Shown here: in pieces, positions 33,521 to 41,668 of the stretch
How the letters are laid out: every line of letters starts with the position of its first letter
How positions within the stretch are numbered: position 1 is the first letter of the stretch
From: an uncultured Gammaproteobacteria bacterium
Lineage (GTDB): Bacteria > Patescibacteriota > Patescibacteriia > Patescibacteriales > GWE2-39-37
Direction of reading: 5' to 3'
NCBI GenBank assembly: GCA_964443495.1
Contig: CAYUCS010000001.1
Coordinates: 616,468 to 680,467 of the forward strand
Length of the DNA stretch: 64,000 nt
Made by a program: the position numbers and the translations under genes
The notes under the pieces: model-generated
What the model saw: the letters and a program-made list of their open reading frames with translations, nothing else
Databases searched by the model: none
Told to the model about the DNA's origin: nothing

Positions 33521-35452
33521 ATGAAAAAACTTACCCTGCTTCTTTTTCTTGGGGCTTTTTTTGTTTTTTCTCCAGCTGTCGTCAATGCTGCCCTCCCCGA
33601 AGAAGAAATCTGTGTCATCACGCCGGTCAGCGGCATGTTTTTCGACAAGACCCAAATAACCATCATTTGCGGCAGCCGGGTCGTCAAATCATCCTACTAC
33701 TGGGGCAATGAAAAGCCCAAAACTTTTAATAAATCCGTCAAAACGGTTTATAACGCGGAAAAGTTCCAAGCGCTATCCGTTTCGTATGTTTACTACGGGG
33801 CCGACAAGAAAAAGAAGCCGCGGACCTATACCTGGCATTTCAAGTCCGGCCAGAACACTTGCGAAATCACACCCAACGGCGGAGCAATCCAGAATGACCA
33901 ATCTACTGTCATCCAGGTAAAATGCGGCAAGAATGTCAGGAACGCGACCTACCAATGGGGCAGCGAAAAAGCCCAGCCCTTCCAGAATCAGATCGGCGTA
34001 CCTTTCGAAAACAGGACCAAGACGCCGCTCCTCATAAGATTCCAGTATCCGCTTTCGGCCAAAAGCCGGACGCTCAGGCAAGCGATGGTCAGTGCTGAAT
34101 TCTCTCCGAAATATTGCTCAGACTCCGACGGCGGTATCGATCAAGAATATCCCGGAGCGGCCACGGCCTCAGACGGCAACGGCAAGCTGACTGATGGTTC
34201 TGATGCCTGTATCGATAACGATACTCTGAAAGAGTTTTATTGCACCAAGGACGGCATCGCTTCGAAAAGCATCAAATGCCAATACGGCTGCTCCGAAGGC
34301 GCGTGTAATTTCGCACCTGACAAGCAATTTTTCTTTGATCGTGAAGCGTCTTGCGCTACCGCTTGCGAAAACCAAACCTGCCCGCTGAAGAGTTCCTACT
34401 TGAAAAATGATTCCGAGGCTATCGCAGTCGCTGCCGGCAACACGACAGCCAAGCTGGCCAGCCCGATCAAGGATATCGCCTCTTGCATGTACAATTACAA
34501 GATGAGCGATATCGGCTCATTTTCCTGGCGCGTCTACAACGCCCTGCAGATGGCCGGCTACACCGGCAACATCATGATGCCAGGCAGGACAATCGATAAG
34601 AAGTTCATTCTTGAGCTTGATTGCCGTCTTGCCAAAGCGGAGGCGGCCATCGATACCCGAGCGGCCAAGCTGCCAAATTTTTCCTCGATATCCGGGCCGG
34701 ATTTCGGCAAGGCCATCCCCCAGAAATATGCCGCTTATTCTTATGCGGCCATCTTCGATCTTTACAACGTCGGAGGCAACTACTTCGATTACGACAACCA
34801 GTGCCTCCTTGCCAGCTTGTGCTACCAGGTTCCCGAGGCACTGGCCAACGGCTGCTCCGGACGGACATATTCCGGATTCGACCAGAACAAAACCGTGCAA
34901 ACACCCGGATTATTCGGTTTCAATTTCAAGTCGCCGAGCGGCATGAATATCGGCTATTACGGCGCGCTTACGCAGTCATCGCAGCCATCGACCTATCCGA
35001 ACGTAATGCTTTACCAGAAAATGCTCGTCCATGAATTCACCCATTGGCTCGACAATCGTCTCAATTATCCGGTCTCGTTCTGTACCGGCAAATCATTCAA
35101 CCTGACCAAATCCGACTCGCCCTTCAACAATGTTTCAAGCAACAACCAATCGGATTTTGTCAGCCGGTACGCCATGACCAATCCCATCGAAGATGCGGCC
35201 GAATCGGTGACGTCATATATCGTGTACCCGGAATACTTCCGAATGAAGGCGGAGAGGCGCCCGGTGCTTAAAATCAAATACGACTACATCAAGAACAACC
35301 TGTTCAACGGCTACGAATTCAGCAATCCCTACGCCGCCAAGCCCAACCAGCTTTCGAAATACCTCTACGAGCTTCCCTACGTCACCGGCAGCCTCATCAG
35401 GCTGAGTGACAAATTCATGCTCACGGATATCTCCTACGCGAAAAAACGCTGA
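33521..35452 (+). CDS. secreted hypothetical protein with C-terminal HExxH (putative zinc metallopeptidase)
   Basis: 643 aa. Signal peptide MKKLTLLLFLGAFFVFSPAVVNA. Duplicated N-terminal module. Cys-rich module at 34115-34306. HEFTH at 35030-35044. Confidence 0.7.
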   Translation: MKKLTLLLFLGAFFVFSPAVVNAALPEEEICVITPVSGMFFDKTQITIICGSRVVKSSYYWGNEKPKTFNKSVKTVYNAEKFQALSVSYVYYGADKKKKPRTYTWHFKSGQNTCEITPNGGAIQNDQSTVIQVKCGKNVRNATYQWGSEKAQPFQNQIGVPFENRTKTPLLIRFQYPLSAKSRTLRQAMVSAEFSPKYCSDSDGGIDQEYPGAATASDGNGKLTDGSDACIDNDTLKEFYCTKDGIASKSIKCQYGCSEGACNFAPDKQFFFDREASCATACENQTCPLKSSYLKNDSEAIAVAAGNTTAKLASPIKDIASCMYNYKMSDIGSFSWRVYNALQMAGYTGNIMMPGRTIDKKFILELDCRLAKAEAAIDTRAAKLPNFSSISGPDFGKAIPQKYAAYSYAAIFDLYNVGGNYFDYDNQCLLASLCYQVPEALANGCSGRTYSGFDQNKTVQTPGLFGFNFKSPSGMNIGYYGALTQSSQPSTYPNVMLYQKMLVHEFTHWLDNRLNYPVSFCTGKSFNLTKSDSPFNNVSSNNQSDFVSRYAMTNPIEDAAESVTSYIVYPEYFRMKAERRPVLKIKYDYIKNNLFNGYEFSNPYAAKPNQLSKYLYELPYVTGSLIRLSDKFMLTDISYAKKR

Positions 35453-35456
35453 TATT

Positions 35457-35485
35457 AAAAACCGCCCGGATAGGGCGGTTTTTTT
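35457..35485. terminator. bidirectional rho-independent terminator
   Basis: AAAAA-CCGCCC-GGATA-GGGCGG-TTTTTTT. Confidence 0.85.
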
Positions 35486-36356
35486 ATGTTTTAGCTCGTG
35501 CTCTGATTTTTAAAATTCCTGCCGCTGCTACAGCCGCGCGGCCGATCGGCCAGGCGAGCTTCAATAGCAGATAGTGCCAATACGGGTGCCACTTCTTGAA
35601 GTATTTAAGCATGCTATCCTGGAAATAGATTTGCGTCGTCCCGCGCTTGACCTGCTTGAAGCTTTGCCCGACATAGTCAAGGCATTTGGCCGCCGGAGCG
35701 TACCAGATCTGCAGACCCTTTGCCTCGACCTGACGGCAGTAATCCACCTCCTCGAACCAGATGAAATATCTCTCGTCCAGCAAGCCGACATCACGGATTG
35801 TTTCTTTGCGAAGCATGAAGAAGCCGCCCCTGACCGAATCGACGCGCGCAGGCTGGCTGTAATCGAAATCCTTCCTCAAGTACTTCGCCAGGACGCCCGG
35901 AAAAAGATGCGGCAGCTTCAAGACGATCGCCAGCTGGTCCCAAACTGTCGGGAAGCGGCGCACATGCTTGACGACAGCCCCATGCTCATTATACAAATAG
36001 CAACCAGCAACAGCCGCTTGCGGATTCTCCCGCATCCAGGCAACCATATTGGCCAGAGTATCGGGCTCGACTTTCATGTCGGGATTCAAAAGCAGCACGA
36101 ACTCGCCCCTGGCTTCGGCGATAGCCTGGTTGTTAGCCTTGGCAAAACCAACATTTTCCTTGTTTGCGACGAGATTAACCCAAGGAAATTCATTGGCGAC
36201 CATCTCGGCCGTAGCGTCGGCGGAATCATTATCCACGACGAATATTTCGAAGCTGACTTCACCCGAGCTTGCGTGCAAGGCCTGCAAATTTTCCCTAAGC
36301 TTATCCCTGACATTCCAGGAAACGATTATTATTGATATATCAGTCTTATTTTCCAT
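35484..36356 (-). CDS. glycosyltransferase family 2
   Basis: 290 aa. ISIIIVSWNVRDKL...VDNDSAD...NVGFAKANN...LNPDM. Confidence 0.85.
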   Translation of the reverse strand: MENKTDISIIIVSWNVRDKLRENLQALHASSGEVSFEIFVVDNDSADATAEMVANEFPWVNLVANKENVGFAKANNQAIAEARGEFVLLLNPDMKVEPDTLANMVAWMRENPQAAVAGCYLYNEHGAVVKHVRRFPTVWDQLAIVLKLPHLFPGVLAKYLRKDFDYSQPARVDSVRGGFFMLRKETIRDVGLLDERYFIWFEEVDYCRQVEAKGLQIWYAPAAKCLDYVGQSFKQVKRGTTQIYFQDSMLKYFKKWHPYWHYLLLKLAWPIGRAAVAAAGILKIRARAKT

Positions 36357-37305
36357 AATATTTCAAACCGCGCCGCTTGATAACAAGCTGAGGCAGCTGT
36401 AAAAGCAAATACGGCTCAAGCAGGCAGACATAGGCAAGCAGCTGGCACTGCTGCTTAATAAGGCCTATTTTGCCGCTGAAACCAAGCGTCCGCCAGTACT
36501 TGCAATATAGCAGCTGCTGGTTGACGAAAGACCAGATCTTGACCTGGCGCGACTTCGAACGGCGGCTGCCGATGCGAGAAATCACGCCCTCGCCATGTCC
36601 GGCTGCGGTGCGATCATGATAGGCGACTGCGCCTGGAACCAAGGTTGATCTTCCGCCAGCCAGGCTTAATCGCATATCCAAGTCGCAATCCTCCTTGTAC
36701 ATAAAAAAGTGCTCATCGAAATACTGGCCATTCTCTTTGACGGCCTCGAGAGACTTGACGCGGAATAGGCCGGCAGCGCCCGATGGTCCGAGTATTTCCG
36801 CCTGGTCGTATTGTCCGTTATCCGCCTCTCCCTGCCCCAAATCGAAAAATTGAAGGCTGGGACGAAGCACGATTCCGCAACTGTCGATATAACCGGTCAT
36901 TTCGCCTTTGGCGAAATCCCAGCGTTTCAGCTTGGGACAGGCCGAGCTTGACAAAGGCTCCGCGTCCAGCGCTTCGGCCATCAATCGGATGGCATCAGGC
37001 TCCAGGATGACGTCAGGATTGGTAACGAAAAAATACTCGGCGCCCTGAGCCGCGGCGCGGGAAATCATCAAGTTATAAGCTTTGCCAAAGCCCAAGTTGG
37101 CGCCAAAAGACAACACTTCAACCTCCGGACGCAGCTTCAAGTAGTCGAGATTGGTCGTGCCGGATTCGGTGTTATCGACGGCCACCACCCGCAGCTCGAC
37201 ACCGGCCTGCTTGGCGAGCGAGTCAAGGAAGTACGGCAGGTATTTGAAAGTCGACTCGCCATAAGTGATGAAACCGACCCAGATTTTATGCTTATTTTCA
37301 GGCAT
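36346..37305 (-). CDS. glycosyltransferase family 2 (rhamnosyltransferase-like)
   Basis: 319 aa. VAVDNTESG...NLGFGKAYN...TNPDV...YKEDCDL. Confidence 0.8.
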   Translation of the reverse strand: MPENKHKIWVGFITYGESTFKYLPYFLDSLAKQAGVELRVVAVDNTESGTTNLDYLKLRPEVEVLSFGANLGFGKAYNLMISRAAAQGAEYFFVTNPDVILEPDAIRLMAEALDAEPLSSSACPKLKRWDFAKGEMTGYIDSCGIVLRPSLQFFDLGQGEADNGQYDQAEILGPSGAAGLFRVKSLEAVKENGQYFDEHFFMYKEDCDLDMRLSLAGGRSTLVPGAVAYHDRTAAGHGEGVISRIGSRRSKSRQVKIWSFVNQQLLYCKYWRTLGFSGKIGLIKQQCQLLAYVCLLEPYLLLQLPQLVIKRRGLKYYGK

Positions 37306-38030
37306 CAGATTATCATCTTGTCCTGCATCTTTTCCTTGGCGAAGTTCTGCGCGCGCAAGAGGCTTTCAAAGGTGCCGGCATCGAGCCACTCGCCATTGAC
37401 CATCGCGACATCAAGCTCGCCCTTTTCGAGGTACCAGCGATGCAGATCGACTATCTCATATTCGCCACGAGCGCTCGGCTGGCAGTTCTTGGCCACCTCG
37501 ACGACGCGGTTGTCATAAACGTAGAGTCCGGTCAGCGCGTAATCACTGATCCAATCCTGAGGCTTTTCCTCTACCTGGACTGCGTGCATCTGGTCATCGA
37601 ATTTGACCACGCCGAAACGTTCCGGATCGGCGACCTTCTTGGCGAAGACCTTGGCCCCAGATTTGAAATTCTTTATCTCATCAGAGAAATCATCCTCGAA
37701 GATATTATCTCCTAAGATCATAGTCACGTCATCACAACCGATAAAGGCCTCGCCGATTACGAAGGCTTCGGGCAAGCCAGCCGGCTTGTCCTGGATCTCG
37801 TACGTGAACTTGACGCCGAACTCCTTGCCTGAACCGAGAAGGTTCAGATAATCGCCAGCTCGCTCCGGAGCGACGATGATCAAGATTTCCTTGATGCCCG
37901 CCTTGATCAGCGTGTTCAAGGGATAATAAATCATCGGCTTGTTATAAACCGGCAACAGCTGCTTCGAGGTGATTTTGGTCAGCGGCCGCAAGCGCGTCCC
38001 AGACCCTCCTGACAAGATAATTCCTTTCAT
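37305..38030 (-). CDS. rfbA: glucose-1-phosphate thymidylyltransferase (short form)
   Basis: 241 aa. MKGIILSGGSGTRLRPLTKITSKQLLPVYNKPMIYYPL, adjacent to rfbD/rfbB. Confidence 0.78.
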   Translation of the reverse strand: MKGIILSGGSGTRLRPLTKITSKQLLPVYNKPMIYYPLNTLIKAGIKEILIIVAPERAGDYLNLLGSGKEFGVKFTYEIQDKPAGLPEAFVIGEAFIGCDDVTMILGDNIFEDDFSDEIKNFKSGAKVFAKKVADPERFGVVKFDDQMHAVQVEEKPQDWISDYALTGLYVYDNRVVEVAKNCQPSARGEYEIVDLHRWYLEKGELDVAMVNGEWLDAGTFESLLRAQNFAKEKMQDKMII

Positions 38031-38032
38031 AA

Positions 38033-38899
38033 TTATTTCTTAATAGCTAAATATTCCTTCAATGCCTCCTGCCAGCTGCGCATCTTACCAAGCTTCGTGT
38101 TAAGCAAGGTCGAATACTTTGGGCGTTTGGCGGGGCGCGGAAACTTTTCAGAAGACACCGGCACGATTTTTATCTTGACGCCGGCCTGCTTGAACAGCTC
38201 CTTGGCTGCGTGGTACCAGGTCACAGGCTTGGCATTCGTCACGTGATAGATGCCGTAGCCATAGTCTCCATCGATGATATCCTTGGTGCGCTGCGCCAGA
38301 TCCGGGGTATAAGTGAAGCAGCTGACTTCCTCGTTGACGATTTCCAGCTCTTCCTTTTCCTGGGCCAGCTTAAGCATGACATCAAAAAAACTGGGCTTGG
38401 CCAATTCGCTTTCGCCTTTGGGGCCGAACAATTTGGAGGTGCGGATGACATACCACTTAAGGCCGCGGCCGGATAGCTTGATGATTTCCTTTTCGCCCAG
38501 CAATTTGCTTTCGCCGTATTTGCTGATCGGTTTCGGCTCGTCATCCTCCTTGTAGCCCGCTTCGTTGTCTCCGGCAAAAACATAGTCAGTCGAATAATGG
38601 ACCAATGTGGCACCGATAGAGAGGGCTTCCTTGGCCAGATTCGCTACGGCATCGACATTCAGCTTCTTGGCAATCGCCCAACCCTCGTCGCTCTCCATGT
38701 GATCGACAGCATTGTATGCGACTGCATTGATGATGACATCCGGCTTTAAATCATCGATCTTCTTTTTGATCAGGCCCTTATCAGTGACGTCGATCTCGCT
38801 CCTATCCCAACCGACGACCGAAAACATCGGGTCAGCCTCGAATACCTTGATTAATTGTTGGCCCAAATTGCCCTGGGCGCCTAAGACTAATATTTTCAT
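38033..38899 (-). CDS. rfbD: dTDP-4-dehydrorhamnose reductase
   Basis: 288 aa. MKILVLGAQGNLGQQL Rossmann fold, then HYSTDYVFAG. Confidence 0.88.
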   Translation of the reverse strand: MKILVLGAQGNLGQQLIKVFEADPMFSVVGWDRSEIDVTDKGLIKKKIDDLKPDVIINAVAYNAVDHMESDEGWAIAKKLNVDAVANLAKEALSIGATLVHYSTDYVFAGDNEAGYKEDDEPKPISKYGESKLLGEKEIIKLSGRGLKWYVIRTSKLFGPKGESELAKPSFFDVMLKLAQEKEELEIVNEEVSCFTYTPDLAQRTKDIIDGDYGYGIYHVTNAKPVTWYHAAKELFKQAGVKIKIVPVSSEKFPRPAKRPKYSTLLNTKLGKMRSWQEALKEYLAIKK

Positions 38900-39552
38900 A
38901 TAAGTTTCAATACCTTCTCGATATATTCTTTCGCTTGCAGTTGTTCCACGAACGGATTTTCCATCTCTAAGCTTATCAAGTCTGGAAAGTAACCGGCGTA
39001 CTTGATGAGATAATCCAGCTCGTGCAAATCCTTCATGTAATGCTCGGCCAGCTGTTCACTGCTTATCAGTGAGATGTGGCAGCAGCCGACCGGATACTTC
39101 CCTAAAAGCCCGGACAAGGGGTTGCCCACTGTCGCCTTCTGGACGCGTGCATCCTCGATGTGCGAAAAATCCAGACACATGCCGGCGCACTTGATGACAT
39201 CCTTCTCTTCCAGCGGCTCATACTGGTTTTCAACGAAAATCTTGTGCATATAAGGCGCCAGCACAGCTGCGTCGACCGCCTGCGGATGGATATTGTACGC
39301 CTTGGTGCTGTATCGCTTTTCAAAAAGCTCCATTTCCCACGCCTCCGTGTCATCGCTGCGCAGATGCACATGCGGCAGTTCGCGGATTCCAGTATGCTCA
39401 AGCAAGCCATAGAGCTCTTTGCGCTCCTCGATTCCAAGAAAAGTCGGAAACAAAGCCACCTTAGTCAACCCCAACTCATCAATCTCCTCGCACTTTTTCC
39501 GCCAATCAGAATCAAGCGTCGTGGTTAGTCCGAGCAATATCTCCTTAGGCAT
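38896..39552 (-). CDS. hypothetical protein embedded in the rfb operon
   Basis: 218-aa ORF overlapping both neighbours by 4 and 8 nt (translational coupling). I recognise no motif. Confidence 0.6.
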   Translation of the reverse strand: MPKEILLGLTTTLDSDWRKKCEEIDELGLTKVALFPTFLGIEERKELYGLLEHTGIRELPHVHLRSDDTEAWEMELFEKRYSTKAYNIHPQAVDAAVLAPYMHKIFVENQYEPLEEKDVIKCAGMCLDFSHIEDARVQKATVGNPLSGLLGKYPVGCCHISLISSEQLAEHYMKDLHELDYLIKYAGYFPDLISLEMENPFVEQLQAKEYIEKVLKLI

Positions 39553-40525
39553 GATGTTTAGCTTTCAGTTTCTGCCACCATTCAGGATTGCTCTTATACC
39601 ACTCAACGGTTTTAGCCAAGCCGGTCTTGAAATCGACTTTCGGATACCACTCCAGCTCCTGCTTGGCCTTGGAAATGTCCATAGCATAGCGGAAATCATG
39701 CCCCTTGCGGTCTTCAACGTACTCGATCATCTCTTCGCCGGCGCCCATCTGCCGCAAGATATCGTTAGTGATTTCGAGATTGGATAATTCGTTTTCGCCG
39801 CCCAGGCAATAGGTTTCGCCGATCTTGCCGCGTTCGATAATCGCCTCGACGCCGGCATTGTGGTCATCGACGTATATCCAGTCGCGGATATTGGAACCGC
39901 GGCCATAGACCGGCACTTTCTTCCCTTCCATCAGATTGGTTACGAACAGCGGAATCAATTTTTCCGGGAATTGGTACGGGCCATAGTTGTTGGTGCAGTT
40001 GGAAATGGTAATCGGCAGCTTGTGTGTGTGCCAATAGGCGCGTACCAAGTGGTCTGAAGCCGCTTTTGATGCGCTATACGGGCTGCGCGGGTCATACGGC
40101 GTAGTCTCGCGGAACTTGTCGCCGTCGAGCTCGAGCGAGCCGAACACTTCGTCGGTCGAAACGTGATGGAAGCGGATGTTGCCGTTGTTCTTGGCGGCGT
40201 CAAGGAGAACCTGCGTGCCGACGACATTGGTGCGCACGAACGGGCTCGAATCATTGATCGAGCGATCGACATGCGACTCGGCGGCGAAGTGGACGATCAG
40301 CTCCACGCCCTGCACCAAATCGTGCACTAATCCAGCGTCGCAGATGTCGCCCCTGACCAATTCGTAATTATAGTTATTTTCTTCGATGTCCTTGAGGTTG
40401 TCCGCGTTGCCGGCATAAGTCAAAAGGTCCAGATTGACGATATAATCGTCAGGATGGTTCTTGAGCCAGTAGCGGATGAAGTTGGAGCCGATAAAACCGG
40501 CACCGCCGGTAACGAGTAATTTCAT
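39545..40525 (-). CDS. rfbB: dTDP-glucose 4,6-dehydratase
   Basis: Start taken at the internal ATG 40525 (MKLLVTGGAGFIGSNF). The track ORF extends to 40690 across the intergenic gap and into the HIT gene. Confidence 0.9.
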   Translation of the reverse strand: MKLLVTGGAGFIGSNFIRYWLKNHPDDYIVNLDLLTYAGNADNLKDIEENNYNYELVRGDICDAGLVHDLVQGVELIVHFAAESHVDRSINDSSPFVRTNVVGTQVLLDAAKNNGNIRFHHVSTDEVFGSLELDGDKFRETTPYDPRSPYSASKAASDHLVRAYWHTHKLPITISNCTNNYGPYQFPEKLIPLFVTNLMEGKKVPVYGRGSNIRDWIYVDDHNAGVEAIIERGKIGETYCLGGENELSNLEITNDILRQMGAGEEMIEYVEDRKGHDFRYAMDISKAKQELEWYPKVDFKTGLAKTVEWYKSNPEWWQKLKAKHHA

Positions 40526-40559
40526 ATTATGATAATAATTTCTTAACGCCAGTGACCGT

Positions 40560-40598
40560 GACAACGATGGCGCTCTCAATGTCGCAGCTATCGTTGTC
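40560..40598. repeat. 9-bp perfect inverted repeat between the HIT gene and rfbB
   Basis: GACAACGAT (40560-40568) and ATCGTTGTC (40590-40598) around a 21-nt loop. Confidence 0.4.
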
Positions 40599-40604
40599 TG
40601 GCTA

Positions 40605-40994
40605 TTACTTGGATAATTTTCCCAGAGTGGCTTCCATCTCGCCCGCTCCATACTTCTTAGTCGGCCAGAAGCCGGCCAGGCCGTCATCATAGTAGCGCGG
40701 AATCAGGTGGATGTGAAAGTGCGGCACGTCCAAACCGACGACTGAGACCGTTACATAATCGGCCTCAAGCGCTTTTTTCATCTTTATCATCAGTTCCTTG
40801 GCCTTGACGTAACAATATGCCAATAATTCGTCAGGTACGTCGTGCATCATTTGATGATGCTCCTTGGGGATGACCAAGGTGTGGCCGTAGTTCACCGGAT
40901 TGATATCCAGGAAAGCGAAAACTTTATCGTCCTCATAGACCTTGGCCGACGGAATTTCACCTTTGATAATTTTACAGAAAATACAATCGTTCAT
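40605..40994 (-). CDS. HIT family (histidine triad) protein
   Basis: Start at the internal ATG 40994 (MNDCIFCKIIKGEIPS). HIT motif HFHIHLIP. Confidence 0.88.
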   Translation of the reverse strand: MNDCIFCKIIKGEIPSAKVYEDDKVFAFLDINPVNYGHTLVIPKEHHQMMHDVPDELLAYCYVKAKELMIKMKKALEADYVTVSVVGLDVPHFHIHLIPRYYDDGLAGFWPTKKYGAGEMEATLGKLSK

Positions 40995-41007
40995 TTGTTC
41001 ATCTCTA

Positions 41008-41478
41008 CTAATCGATATGGTAAGGAGAATCAGCCTTTTCCTCCCAGCGAATCTCATCGATCTCTTCCTGTTTCTTCTCGCCTTTGTACAACTTGTCCGG
41101 CAGATTGATCGAGTAGGCCGGTCCCTTGACGCATTTGTAACCGTGAACCACGCCTGGCGGCACGATGGCCATGGTCGGATTATCCTCGCCGACTTCAATT
41201 TTCATGTACTCGCCATTGGTCAGGCTGTCCTCGCGGCGATCCCACAGATGCAGTGTGAAGGTTCCTGGGCCGACGAAGTAAAAGCAATCCGCCTGTTCGA
41301 CGTGCTCATGCGGGCCGCGAACCACATTTTCATTAGTCAAACTGACGTAACCCATGACGCTGCGGTAATCAGTCTCATCGTTACGATAGATTTCGGCCAG
41401 CCAGCCTCGCTCATCCTTGTACTGGACCAAGGATTTGATAACAACCCCTTCGATCATAAATTTACCAATATTAAACAA
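41008..41478 (-). CDS. rfbC: dTDP-4-dehydrorhamnose 3,5-epimerase-like cupin
   Basis: 156 aa. YKDERGWLAEIYR...VRGPHEH. Cupin fold in rfb context. Shorter and more divergent than classic RmlC. Confidence 0.6.
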   Translation of the reverse strand: MFNIGKFMIEGVVIKSLVQYKDERGWLAEIYRNDETDYRSVMGYVSLTNENVVRGPHEHVEQADCFYFVGPGTFTLHLWDRREDSLTNGEYMKIEVGEDNPTMAIVPPGVVHGYKCVKGPAYSINLPDKLYKGEKKQEEIDEIRWEEKADSPYHID

Positions 41479-41479
41479 A

Positions 41480-41668
41480 TTAAAGCCCTTTTACCGAGCC
41501 TTTTCTAAGTACCAGGATACCAAAAAAGAGCCAAAAAAGCAAGACTGCGTTTATGTTAATGTAAGCCAAAACTACCCCTGGCCATACCGATTCCATGACG
41601 GCAAAAATCGCCAAGGCCCCGGTCAGAACGTAAAATATCTCCTGGATGATAATTTTGCTATTTGCCAT
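41480..41668 (-). CDS. small two-TM membrane protein
   Basis: 62-aa ORF, hydrophobic throughout, overlapping the upstream gene by 11 nt. Confidence 0.5.
   Translation of the reverse strand: MANSKIIIQEIFYVLTGALAIFAVMESVWPGVVLAYININAVLLFWLFFGILVLRKGSVKGL

Noticed and set aside
40526-41198. Long N-terminal extensions of track ORFs, such as 39545-40690 and 40605-41198. Others are 46598-47812, 20727-22010, 21970-22290, 49730-50536, 10320-10832 and 43124-43636.
   Set aside because: The extensions overlap the preceding gene or intergenic space and are Arg/Ser-rich nonsense. Internal ATGs give canonical family N-termini (MKLLVTGGAGFIG, MNDCIFCK, MRVALVHD, MKKEKPIYLDH and so on) and abut the upstream stops.
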